Shown: piece after piece, positions 10,527-22,237 of the stretch | Layout: every line of letters starts with the position of its first letter | Numbering within the stretch: the first letter of the stretch is position 1 | Assembly (NCBI GenBank): GCA_964019425.1 | Contig: OZ025787.1 | Location: forward strand, 1,488,001 to 1,552,000 | Length of the DNA: 64,000 nt | Direction: 5' to 3' | Origin: Flectonema sp. DT1601 | Taxonomy: Eukaryota | Program-made: the position numbers and the translations under genes | Notes under the pieces: generated by a model | What the model was told of the DNA's origin: nothing | Databases searched by the model: none | Seen by the model: only the letters and a program-made list of their open reading frames with translations

Positions 10527-12954
10527 ATGTCGGACTTGGAAGGCCACAGTGTGGTCTCTTATAAGTCAAGATTCTTCGTTTTCGGAGGGAAGAATAGTCG
10601 AGAAGAGTACGTCAACGATGTGTGGATGGTGACAGTCACTGCAAGTGATACGATGATGTGGGAAAAGGCGGAGGTCAGTGGAGAACCCCCAAAGCCTTGT
10701 GCTTACCACGGTTGTGCGCTGTGGAGGGACAGGTACATGATAATAATTGGAGGTGTTTCAAACGACGTGGAATATGAAAGGGGAAGAGTCTTCGTTCTTG
10801 ATTTAGAAGAAATGATGTGGAGGGACAGAAATGCGGTGGGTGACGTCCCCAGCCCACGATGCCACCACACTATCACAATATCGCCTGGCCAAGATCGTTT
10901 ATATTTATTCGGTGGATATCCAGTCGGAGCAGAGGGAGAGACAATGTTTTCATCAGGGGCGATACAACATCAGCACCGCTCATTCTTTGAGATGTATGAA
11001 TTGAATTTAATGGGAGCGGAATTAATATGGAAAGCTTGTCCTTGTCTGGAAGAGTTCCCTCCAACCCTTTGGGGACACACAGCTACTATTTATTCAAGTA
11101 ATTTAATCATTCTTGGTGGCGTTGATGTAATAGATAATAAGGAAACGCCTCTTGCTTGTGTCTGGCACTGTGACAAGGCTCAGTGGCGATGGGTTGAATT
11201 TAACGTGGTACCACATGCTAGGGCACTTCACACTGCAGCTTCTTACAAGGGTCGGATTTTTGTGTTCGGTGGGTTTGGGCTTTCTAACACAACGAAATTT
11301 AACGATACCTGGGCATTTTCAAAGGAATCCGGTCAGTGGTTGGAAGTATCAACGATGGGAAATCTGCCTTCTCCTAGATCTGGACATGCTTCTGCAATTG
11401 TTGGTGATTATATGTACGTATTTGGTGGGGTTGATGCTCACCATCGCAGGACACACGAGGTGTTTTCATTGCATCTTCCTACTGCTACATGGTCTCATAT
11501 AAGTAGTTCTGTTAAGGGTACGTTTGGTCACCCATCAGTACCTGCTTTATTAGATGATGGGACTTTAGACCCGAATGAGATAACAGGTATCAACAGGGCT
11601 GCCGCACTTCTGGATAGGGCAGCTGCACAGGCGAACCTTTATGAGGCTCTGAAAAAACAACATTTTGAGCCGAGTGTGATCCCAATAGCTGTTGACAATG
11701 TAGTTCATGATCAGAATATATCTCCTACGCGGTTGTCGGTACACGCTCCTACTCCAGGTAGGGTCAGGGCACTGTCGTCTTTTCAGGAGAGAGTTCCCGA
11801 GAATGTGGAGCACGTTGTCCCATTTTCGAATGAAAATCTGCAGGGAGATCCGAGAAACGTAAGTCCACGCAGAGGAGATCGTCCTCCTCCACCGCCTCCC
11901 TTACCTCAAATGCAGCTGTCTTCGTTTAGTCAAGTGACGCAGGCGACTCAGGTGGAAAATTCAGAACCAGCACCGCCTCCACCTCTGCGTAACAGAGATA
12001 ATATATTAAAGAATGAAGCTGCTGATATTATTCAAAAGCAGCGGTTGGAAATTGACCAACTGAGAGCTCAGTTAGAACACCGCGACAAGGAAACTCGAGA
12101 AGCAGACAACATACTTATACCATATCATTCAGCTCCTCCTGCTCCCAGGGTGTCGCTTACTAAAGAAACGATATCTGATTTAATGCCTCGTGTTAACCTT
12201 AGCCTTATTGATACTCCAGTTCTTAACCTCCCTCCACCTTCAAGTGAACCTAACCACGGCCTTCTTAGTAAGGCTGCTACTAGGGATGCTATTGCACGAA
12301 TTAATAGTGACTTGACGAAATCTGTTGGTGCTTCTCCTTTAATGTTTCCTAACTTGTTGTCTACCGCACCTACCGATTCCACCAGACATACAACTCAGCG
12401 TCGTGATTTGGGATTATCGGGACAAGCTTCAAGTGCACTTCCGGAAGCAGGTCCGCATACATCTCCGAAGAGAAACCAACCAGGAGTTGTAGACATAGTT
12501 CATTATGGTATGTATTTATAAATTAGGGAAAAAGAAAAAAGTGTGTTAGTTGACATCAGTCGTGTCCTTCCTATTGAGATCTCTCAGTAGAAGATAGGAA
12601 TGATTGAAGACAATATTCAAATAAACAAAAACAGATCCTTTGAAGATATTCGCAGCTAGAGATCAACCTGCTCAGACTCCAATTCCTTTGAGTGGAGGAG
12701 GAGGAGGAGGATACATGCCATCATACCATCCTTCTATGTACAAACCTCCTGCTTCATATGAAGAACTTATGACTCGTGCGAATGGTCCTCCACCACCTCC
12801 AGCAGCTAACAGAGTATTGCCACCAACTAACTCTGAGTTCAATGTAGTGCAACAACCTCCGATACATAAATCTCCTTCTCTCGCTAAAATCTTAAGAGGT
12901 GAGGCATCAATGTTGTCAATTACTCATGTAAATGGTCCGGCTGTTGCACCATGA
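10527..12954 (+). CDS. Kelch-repeat beta-propeller protein with Pro-rich/coiled-coil tail; join(10527..12507,12635..12954), 766 aa
   Basis: Repeated FVFGG/LFGG/ILGG and PSPRSGH/PSPRCHH Kelch motifs. A GT-AG intron joins ORFs 10527 and 12640 in frame (HYD-PLKIF). Confidence 0.9.
12508..12634 (+). other. cis-intron, 127 nt
   Basis: GTATGT...AAATAAACAAAAACAG; restores the frame. Confidence 0.85.
12556..12613 (+). ncRNA. Candidate intronic single-hairpin AGA-box (H/ACA-like) guide RNA
   Basis: Lower stem TCAGTCGT/ATGATTGA, internal loop, upper stem CTATTGAG-ATCT-CTCAGTAG, then AGA immediately after the stem. G-U pairs favour the + strand. Confidence 0.5.
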
Positions 12955-13297
12955 ACATCGTCTTTCCTTTATTAGACTTGTTTTTGTATTTCAGTTTTAG
13001 CTGAATGAGTTCGCAGCCTTCTTGTGCTCTTTCTTTGAGTAAATTATTTCTTCTTAACTCTACTGCAGTTCAGCAAGAAGAAAATAAACAAAAAAAAAAA
13101 AAAAATCGAACCGAATTTTCAGCTAAAAAAGGTATTAATTTTTTAGTTATGTTAAAAAAAATACCTTAGCGAAACGTGTAGAATAGAAAAAGAAAAAAAG
13201 AATTATTACATAGACACATATAGATTTAATGAATGGAATTAACAGTTTGTGTGTGTGCTGGATATTTAATTTTTATGATCAAAAGTAAAACAACAAT

Positions 13298-13891
13298 ATG
13301 CTAAAAAGAGCTGCGTTCACTCGGGTACAACGTCGAATGTGTAGCGGGAAAATGGGATGGGCATACCGTGTAATGAGATTACATTATTATAAACCTTCTT
13401 TTGTAGAAGTAAATTCAACTGAAGGATTAATAGATTTAACGAAACATGAAAGTAATAAGAAATTAGTTGTTGTTATACATCACTCATCTGACATGTTAGA
13501 AATAAAGGGAAATGTAGCATCAGCAGCTGAAGAAAGAATACTTTCAGAATTCAATAACAGAGTTGTGTATGCATTCTCTAATGTGAGTCACGATACAACA
13601 CTGCCATGCAGTCCTGTAATTGACATATATGCGAAAGGGAAATTAGTTCAACGAACTCTTGGTTGCTCTCTCAGCCCCCTTCTCTGTGTTCCACATCTCA
13701 CATTAAAACACAAATTTGAAGGTTCCTACGATGCTGAAGAGATTGTTCCAAGCGAACTCTATTTCGGGATTCCGAGGAGTATGTACAGTAGGCTGTTTAA
13801 GAAGCTTCAAAATGTACCAGACAATAAAGCTAACGATGTGATTAATAGAGCACGAGAAGAAGTCGTAAAGTATAAACTAAATAAAGCATGA
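13298..13891 (+). CDS. Hypothetical protein, possible mitochondrial presequence and degenerate thioredoxin-like fold (no CxxC)
   Basis: Arg-rich, acid-free N-terminus MLKRAAFTRVQRRMCS. PVIDIYAKGKLVQRTLG resembles the thioredoxin C-terminal strands. Confidence 0.65.
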   Translation: MLKRAAFTRVQRRMCSGKMGWAYRVMRLHYYKPSFVEVNSTEGLIDLTKHESNKKLVVVIHHSSDMLEIKGNVASAAEERILSEFNNRVVYAFSNVSHDTTLPCSPVIDIYAKGKLVQRTLGCSLSPLLCVPHLTLKHKFEGSYDAEEIVPSELYFGIPRSMYSRLFKKLQNVPDNKANDVINRAREEVVKYKLNKA

Positions 13892-14040
13892 AGAGATGCA
13901 GAAGCACGCAGTTGATTGAAAGCATTGCGTATTTAGTAATCGGGTGTAAGAAGTTTAGTTCTCTTTTTATTAAAATTATTTATCACTTCCCCCACTAATC
14001 AGTTTTCTTTTTAATCACTCAAAAAAAAAAAATATTTTAA

Positions 14041-14817
14041 ATGAGTTGGGAAAATGGAGATGAAATTGACTCGTCATTCTGGTCTGACCGACTTCAGCTT
14101 CCATCTAACACCAACAGCATTGAAGACGCCGTGAGAGCTGCAGTGTTTACTTCTTATATTGATAAGGTCGTGTATGCTACTGAAGAGGAAGTTGAAGACT
14201 GGAGACAGTTCCTTGGAAGAGACTGCATCCTTGACTTCAGCGATCCTACTAAGTCTGCTGGTGATATCAATAGAGAAATAGTATTGGAAAACGGTGTAAG
14301 TTTATCAAAGAAAAGAGTTCTAACAATTGACGGATACACCGTCGACGAGTTGCGTACAATCGCTGCTCCGATACTTTCAATTAACACGGAATGTAGTAGT
14401 AAAGCGTCTCTTGTTAATGGTTTGAGAGCGTGGTATTTTATGGAAGGTACTCGAATTAAGAGTAAGAGTAAGTCACCGCCTCCATCACAAGAATCGTGTC
14501 TTATAAAAAGAGTGAAGAGATCATACTCTCCGGTTACAATAAAAACTGAAACTGAAAGTGTTACTGTGACGAGTAGTCCCTCGGCATCTCCAACTCCTCG
14601 AAAGTCGTGTTACTCATACTGTGAATCTGAGCTATCTATTGGTACTGCGTGTACTTTTGAGAGTACTCATGATGAGGTAACTTCAGCTATTGCATTAGCG
14701 AATACTAATAAACTACCACCTCATAAATATACGGAAGTTGTTTTGGCAGCTCTCGCATCCCAATACCCGATTGAGATGGTTCGAAAAGGTGCGAAGAGAT
14801 TCCTTAATTACTACTAA
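14041..14817 (+). CDS. Hypothetical protein, 258 aa
   Basis: Long ORF with protein-like composition, same strand as the cluster; no family recognised. Confidence 0.7.
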   Translation: MSWENGDEIDSSFWSDRLQLPSNTNSIEDAVRAAVFTSYIDKVVYATEEEVEDWRQFLGRDCILDFSDPTKSAGDINREIVLENGVSLSKKRVLTIDGYTVDELRTIAAPILSINTECSSKASLVNGLRAWYFMEGTRIKSKSKSPPPSQESCLIKRVKRSYSPVTIKTETESVTVTSSPSASPTPRKSCYSYCESELSIGTACTFESTHDEVTSAIALANTNKLPPHKYTEVVLAALASQYPIEMVRKGAKRFLNYY

Positions 14818-15870
14818 ACTTGAATAGATAAGTTCTCTCTGTGTTATAGACTCTTTATTTGTACCAGTCCAGTTAGATTCTTTTGTTTACCTTTAACTCA
14901 TAATTGGTGAAACTAACCGCAACCAGAAGACTCTGTAGCTCTGGAATATCAGAGTGGGTAAGTTATTATTTTGGGGTGACACTTATTTTTCTTTTTCTTC
15001 TTCCCATTGAATCCCAAAAAAAAAAAAAAAAAAAAAAAAAACTTTTTATTTTTACATTGTCAAAAAAAAAATGAAATCAGTCAGTCTGATTTTTATTTTT
15101 CCCTTATCCCCCTTTTTTGTATTTTATGATCAATCACGCTGCCTTGAGTTAGTCTTCTTGAACAACACAATTACGTTCCTCTGGGAGATGACAGTGTTAA
15201 CCTTTGTACCACTTAGAGAACAATGACGTGATCTATTCGCACTGTTTGGGAGTAACGTTTTGGAATGCCAAGGTGAGTGTTTGATCTTTTTGTGTCACCT
15301 GGCGGACTGTCCCGCCACTAAGAAGATTTTGTACAGCTTTATTTAGATTGGAATCCGTTGTCTTTTTACAGAATTCGTAAACTCTGTTTTTAGATAACAT
15401 TCATTCCCTTTTTTTTTTTTTTTTTTTAATAACTCCAGAGAGCAACTAAAGGAATGTTGCATTCAACGTTCAGATGAAAAAAAATTACTTAAAAAGGTGT
15501 TCGCTCTCCGTAGTTTCTTTTAGTTCCTCTCTCAGTATGGGAATTTCGTTTTCCCGAGTTCATTTTTTAATTTTATTTTTAACAGTTCTTTAGTTTTGTT
15601 GATTTATCTTTTTAATTTTCTTTCTTCTTTTCTTTTGTTTTTCTTGAAACGTAGCGCTAGATTTCTTAGTCCTGCCTGCACAGGAAAAAAAAAAAGAGGG
15701 AAAAAAAAAACCGTTTCGTAAATATAAATTGTGTTCCGTTATGTTGTGTTGATCGTTAGACATGTTCTCGTTCCAGGAAACTTAAATATCAAAGTATTGC
15801 TCTGGTTGGTTGGTTAGTGTTGATCTTGTTTTTGTTATAAATATTATTTCCCAGCACGCATGGTCACAAA

Positions 15871-16032
15871 ATGGATCCTGCTTTGTATCAACAACAGTTG
15901 GCGAATTACCAACAACAGCTCTATGGAATGTTTGCGGGGGGTTCTGCTGCTGGAAGCACAGGGAATGCTTGGCAGCAACAACAACAGCAGCAACAACCGC
16001 AACAGGGAAATTTAGCGAGTATGCTGCAACAG

Positions 16033-16063
<31 letters not shown>

Positions 16064-19000
16064 AGAACTACGGTCAGGGTTACCAAACATCACCACTACA
16101 ACAGTTGTTGGCAACCCAATTAGCAAACCAACAGACTGGAGGAACAGCTTCCAGTTACCAAGCAGCTCCTCAGCAGCCCTACCGTTCTCTTCTCTCTGGA
16201 GGAGTGGCAACTTCACCTGCAAACCCAACTACTACAGCGCCCACTACTGATTATAGTAATTCGTCATATGAAAATACTCGTTCTGCTGATCAATTCGGAG
16301 GTCAGAAAACCTCGATGCTCGCTGGGGGAACTTCTTATGAAACACCCGCAAGCACCTTACTAACATATGGCACAAGTAATGAAGATTCTCGGGTAAGCCA
16401 ACAGACACCAGCATTAACATCTATTGCAGAGGGTACTAAACAGCAACAAGATCAACAGCAGCAGCCAGCAATAGTACCAAAGGAAGAACAATCATATCGG
16501 ACTGGATATCAACAATACGCTGCTAAGCAAAAGGCGTTACCAAAACTATCGGAAGATAGCAAAGGCGATGTCGCACCCGTCAGGGGATCTCCCACACGCC
16601 AGGAAGTGCAACAAAATCAGCGTCAGGAACCATATCGATACCAACAACAGTTCAGACAACCAAAACAGGAATGGGAGAACTGGGGTAATGATGAAAGTTG
16701 GAACGAATGGGAGAACTGGGGTGACAAATGGAACAACAAATCATATTCAAACGATGTCGGAGTTGATATTAAGGAATTTGATTTCGATGAGATTCAGGAG
16801 GAACACGCGAAAGAGCAGCAGATGCGGAGGGATATCACCGCTGTGCCAGTGCCGGCAAAGCCACCGACAATTGAAGTTGGAAGGAAACTTCCACCACGAC
16901 CTACTAACCAGTCAGCTCCGTTACCTACAGCTAAGAAGTCTCCGCCCACACGTCCAACATCTATTCCTCCGCCTCCTGTGAAACCGGCGGCTCCGGCAAC
17001 AAAGTCATCTCAACCTCCACCCGCTGACGTTCTGACAAAAATGCCAATTTCGGTGGCAGCTGCGAAGACACCAGTTGTACCACCGCCACCAACAGTTCCT
17101 TCAACGTCTGATGCTCAACCCGCTGTTGCGGAGAATCCGTACGCAAGCTTCGGTTCAGATCCCAAGGATCAGCCTTCTATGCAGCAGGTGAAGCACCCAG
17201 GAATGTTACCCCCTCAGCCAACTGGTACAACGCCTCAGCCAACTGGTAAAAAGAAGAAGAAGAAGAAGAAAGCTAAGGCTACGGCAGGGCAATTACCACC
17301 TCCTCCACAACTTCCGGCATCACAGTTTCCGTTGGCATCGCAGTTTCCACCGCCAGTTCAACTTCCTCAGGTAGCACAATTCCCACAACCACACCAAACA
17401 GCAATTCAATCATTTCAAGCTGGTTACAGATCGAAGCAAGCCCCTCATGGATATAAAGAATCGAACTTCATAATAACCAGGACGCCTGGTCAGAAACTTG
17501 GTATGGACTTCGACGGTACGACAGTTAAGAAAACCTGGCCTCACCTCGATGCGTACAAATGCGGTATCCGACCTGGTATGATTGTTGCATGTATTGGTGG
17601 GAGGGATGTGTGGTCAGCTGAAGAAGTTAAAAAAGAATTTACAAACTCAGTTTCAAAAAGGATTCGTGTGATAGTTTACGAGAAGAAACCTGCCAGTGTT
17701 GTTGATCCTGAGAAGAAGTACATCTGGTTGTATAATATACCAAAGTCTTATGGAGTTAATGATACTCGTACTATGGTTGAAAAGTTTGGTCCAGTACAAG
17801 AATTATGGAAATACGACACTGCATATATTGTTGAGTTCGCTACCAGATCTGGGGTCGCACAGGCGCTTACCCTTCTTGAAGATATTGGAACGTTACCAGG
17901 TGGTGATAGAGCTGTTACTATTGAGTACAAGGCAGCTCCAAAGAAAGTTCCTCTAAAATCCCTTGAGATCGACACAACAGGCAGCCCAACAAAGCAAAAA
18001 CGAAGTAATTCGCAGCAGACTCCTGAAGTAAGTAAAAGACCCAAAGCAGAACCACCTGCAGAGGAATTCAAACCTGCGGCAGTAGCTAATCCATATTCCA
18101 CCACTAGCGAGCAACCTGCTGAACCAGAAATTCCTGAAAACATCACTGCTTGGATTGATAGAGGATGTAGAGACCCTACCTCTGCTGCTCAGTTCTATGC
18201 TAATGCCCGTGCTAACCTCCGTGAAGCTGTATTTTTACACGGAATTCATCCAAAAAACACTTCAAACTCTGGAACCTGCAGCACTCTATTGTATCCACTG
18301 CCGTTTTATTTTATTCCGGAGTTGGTTAATGATTTGATTCTATTTAGTGCTCAGGCATCCGGCTTGTCTGTTCCAAAAATGGTTCAAATCCGAGTCTACA
18401 AAGGTAAGAAACCTATTAATGGGTACGAATACAGTATTGCAGAAGTTCAAACAGAACAAGCTAGAGAAGCTGCTCAGATTGTTGGGTGCTTAGATGGTTT
18501 TGGAACGTTATTACCCGGACTCGAACTGGACGAATCTAACCCAGGTATTTCAGCAGTTTTAGGAAATGATAGCAATCATGAAGAAGTTGAAAAAGGGAAA
18601 GAGACTGTAAACCTAACACCTCGCATGATGTCGTATCAGTCACCTATTCCAGTTGATTATATAAAGCCTTGCAGGTATCACTGTGTTATGGGACATTGCT
18701 TTAATGAGAATTGTAGTTACAATCACTTTAGAAAGGGAGACACTAGAATATCTAAGAAACTAGTAAAGATTACTGGAATACCTCCAATATGGAGACCTAA
18801 ACAGGTACAAGAACTGTTAGAACAGAAGTGGGGTCATAAGAAGTCCAGCGTTGTTTGGATCGATATTCTAAAAGAACAAAACTCAGGATTCGTAGCTATC
18901 ATACAATGTTGGAAGGCCTCAGCAGCTAAAGATCTGATGGTCACTTTTAACGGTAGTGGGAATCATGGAGCAACACAATTCATTGCAACTGAGTTCCACG

Positions 19001-20226
19001 GAACAGCAAAGCCTGTAGCAAAACCTGCTGAAGAACCACTTATCATGCCACTACCACTCCCACCTTTACAACAACAGTTAGTTGACCAAATGACTGAGCA
19101 GCGTCTGAATAAATCAAGACCAAGGCATATTATTCTACCCAGCCGCGCCGCTGCTGTGACAGCAAAATCCAACGATATCGTCTTGAGTGCTATTCGAAAA
19201 GCTGCCAACAAGGAAACAGAATCATTACGGCAGCAGGTTGAATCACTCACAAAAGCCAACAGTGAGCTTTGGAAAACTTCCTTGGGGCTCGTTGCTGTGG
19301 CTACGGGTGGTCAAATTGGACAGTCTGTTGCGCAGACTATTCCAATGCAGACTCCGCAAGTTAGTTATCCTCACGCATCTGTCCAGCAACAGCCACGTAC
19401 CGTTCCTTCAAAGACGCCTGTCAACCCCCACGTCTCTCGTGCTCAACAAAAGGCTCACGCTGTACCTCGACCGAGTGTGTTAGAGAAGCGTGTCGCTGAG
19501 TCAATCTCTCCTGCCAAGAAGATTCAGAAGCGAGCTCCGGTGACCCTGTTGTCAGGTAAGCAGGAAAATGAGGAAATGCGTTTCCTACACAAGGAGATCT
19601 TAGAAACTCGCTCAAAGATAGAGAAGTACAAATCCGTACTTGAAATCAGACCAAGTAGAACTGTTGAAAGTAAAGTCTTAGAACTCAGAGCTCAGTTATA
19701 TCAAGCAGAAGAAAAGTATCAGAAGCTAGTTGACAGGCTGCCGAAAGCACTTGAGATCTCATCCGGAAGGAGGAGGGAAATTCCTTCCAGACAATCAGCA
19801 ATTGTTGTACATGATGATAGTGATTACAACCCTGCACCACTAGTATGTTGTTATTTACTTTGAAGATAATCTGTGTTAATGAAAAATAATAAATAAAAAA
19901 TAGGCTGATCCAATTCCGGTTGCTGCAGCAGTTTCTGTCAAGCGTGTAAGTCTACCAAAAGCTAGAGAGATACCAAAGGTATGGTTTTGAGAATCTCTGA
20001 ACCTTTTTTATTTAATTAACCAACAAACAACAACACCGAACAGGATGACAACGATGACTACAGTCCTGACGCATACGTTCCTGAACCATTAGGAGATGAG
20101 GGTGATAAAGATAATGACGACAATTACACTCCTGTAGCAGCTGCTGATATTGAAGATGAAGACGATTATCGACCAGGTGCTATTTTTAATGAAGAACTAC
20201 GAGGACGTCCACGCAGACGTCGGTAG
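15871..20226 (+). CDS. Q/P-rich protein with PDZ-like, RRM-like and CCCH domains; join(15871..19842,19904..19978,20044..20226), 1409 aa
   Basis: PDZ-like RTPGQKLGMDF...AYKCGIRPGMIVACIGG; RRM-like YIWLYNIPKSY...VEKFGPV; CCCH CRYHCVMGHCFNENCSYNH. Two phase-0 introns extend the frame to TAG at 20224. Confidence 0.8.
19843..19903 (+). other. cis-intron, 61 nt
   Basis: GTATGT...AATAATAAATAAAAAATAG; phase 0. Confidence 0.8.
19979..20043 (+). other. cis-intron, 65 nt
   Basis: GTATGG...AACCAACAAACAACAACACCGAACAG; phase 0. Confidence 0.8.
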
Positions 20227-20572
20227 GAACACCTCATCAACACAACGACAGTAGTCGTTGAGGAATACCCTCAGATGACTACATCAATAAGTAATAATTA
20301 GTACTACTCATTTTGTATCAATTACAAGAAGTAAATATTAGTGTGACCTTCGAACAATAGTTGCTTGCTAAGTGTCATTCAACATGTCAGCATGCGCATC
20401 CACAGCGACGCGGACCGATGTGTTTGTTTGATACTCAACGTTTCCAGCAAAGATGGTTTTTTTTATGTTAAACCGAATGACGTTAAGCAAATCAGTTAAA
20501 TTGTAAAGTGTTCTGATAATTATTTTTATTTTATTATTTCTTCTCATAGAATACCTGTCCTGTATTACCTAA

Positions 20573-22237
20573 ATGCTTGCATCGGTTCCTGTCCTTCCGC
20601 AAACTGAAGGTATGTCACACTACAGGCAGCACGGTGTTGCGCAGCAGGTGAGGGTGCAGAGTGGGCAGCAACCGCTGCAACATCTGATGCAGCAGCAGCC
20701 ACACTTGCAGCTAGGACAGCAGAGAGACGGGTACATGAGTCACCCTCTGCAACCTCAGACGCAGCAACCGCAGCATGTAAAGACCGCTGAAGAAGAAGAT
20801 GACGTCACAGCTATTCCGGTGGTAAGAAGCGGTCGGTCACCACCAGAGATGACACGCCCATGTACACACAATGCCTGGGATGACGTTCGCACTCGTAGAC
20901 ACGCGAAGATCCTTCAGTGCCGTGCGTGCCTCGCCAAATGGAAGTTAGCAATGCCTGTCCCTAGATGTTCGTACTTCCTTCACGGACACTGTGATAAGGG
21001 AGACACTTGTCACATGCTTCACGTCTACAAGAAGAAGGCCGAAAAGGAGAAAGACAGACAGCCAACCGAACCGCCAGTTGCTCCTCGCAATGAAAAGGAA
21101 GACCGCAACTTGGCAGACAGCGTTAAGACGGCCCAGCCAAATGTTCCAACCGCAGAACATCAGTGGAGGAACTACTTCCCTGAAGATGATGTAAACTACT
21201 TAGCTAGAAGTGAAGGAGGTACCAAGTATGGAATCGTACAATTGAAGGAACTAAAAGACGAGCTTTCAAACAGAAGAACTCAAAGAAATCAAAACATCGT
21301 TCAATACATTCAGCAATCGAGTGATGCTCATATGCAACATGTTTTAGTTAGTTTAGTACAGCAACAAGGAATGCCGTCCCCGACATCATCTGGTGAGCCG
21401 CCTTCTTTGATGAGTCCAGCAAGTTGTGCACCAGCCACACCAATAACTTCGAGTGGTATTCCAATGGGTCCTCCTTCTCCAATAAACCAGCAAGATGCTC
21501 ATCCGATCTCTGCTCAGCAAACATCTGTTGCAGTTCAATCAGCTGTTCATCCAAAGGACCGCTCGTTAGCTGTCCGAAGAGGATTCGTTCAGCCAGTGGC
21601 AAGCTCCAACCCTCCGTACTACGGCTGTGGGATTGCCACGCCAACAACTAACGGAGGTCCAGTCAGTTTAGAAAACCAGCGACAGATGTCAATGCCGTCA
21701 TTGGTTGCTACTCCAATGGGAACTGAGATGTTAGGAACACCCGGATGTCATTCACCACATTCTCCGCTTGCTAATGGAGCGCCGATGGGTGTGCCGAGTC
21801 CAACTGGGATTTATGGAAGTGAAATGATCATCCATGAAGAAGCACCTCCTCCATACACATTACTGGCTGGTAACCAATCTACTCAATCTCATCAGCCAGC
21901 ACCTGAAGAAATTGAAAAGCAGAGAATGATCGCTATGGCCTCTGGTTTCGCTATTTCATCAGGTGCCCAACCGATTTCGGATATCCACTCTCATGCTTCT
22001 CGTCACACTAACTCTCCCTGCAATTTGATTTCTCCAATTTGTCAAAGTCCTTCTGTTCAGACGCCGAACTGCATTTCTCCAGTTGCTGGATGTGTCTCTC
22101 CGATGTCAAATTGTACTTCAGAGGCAATCAAATCTCCTGTTCAGCGAGAAAACGAAGGAGTCCACGCCATGACTGAGGACGAGCTTGATGCCCATATCGC
22201 CAAGTGGGAGAAACGCGCAACTCCAAAGGCATGCTGA
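20573..22237 (+). CDS. CCCH zinc-finger protein with a preceding CxH...CxxC module and low-complexity regions
   Basis: CSYFLHGHCDKGDTCHMLH (C-x7-C-x5-C-x3-H), preceded by CTHNAWDDVRTRRHAKILQCRAC. Pyrimidine tract + TAG upstream of the ATG. Confidence 0.85.
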   Translation: MLASVPVLPQTEGMSHYRQHGVAQQVRVQSGQQPLQHLMQQQPHLQLGQQRDGYMSHPLQPQTQQPQHVKTAEEEDDVTAIPVVRSGRSPPEMTRPCTHNAWDDVRTRRHAKILQCRACLAKWKLAMPVPRCSYFLHGHCDKGDTCHMLHVYKKKAEKEKDRQPTEPPVAPRNEKEDRNLADSVKTAQPNVPTAEHQWRNYFPEDDVNYLARSEGGTKYGIVQLKELKDELSNRRTQRNQNIVQYIQQSSDAHMQHVLVSLVQQQGMPSPTSSGEPPSLMSPASCAPATPITSSGIPMGPPSPINQQDAHPISAQQTSVAVQSAVHPKDRSLAVRRGFVQPVASSNPPYYGCGIATPTTNGGPVSLENQRQMSMPSLVATPMGTEMLGTPGCHSPHSPLANGAPMGVPSPTGIYGSEMIIHEEAPPPYTLLAGNQSTQSHQPAPEEIEKQRMIAMASGFAISSGAQPISDIHSHASRHTNSPCNLISPICQSPSVQTPNCISPVAGCVSPMSNCTSEAIKSPVQRENEGVHAMTEDELDAHIAKWEKRATPKAC

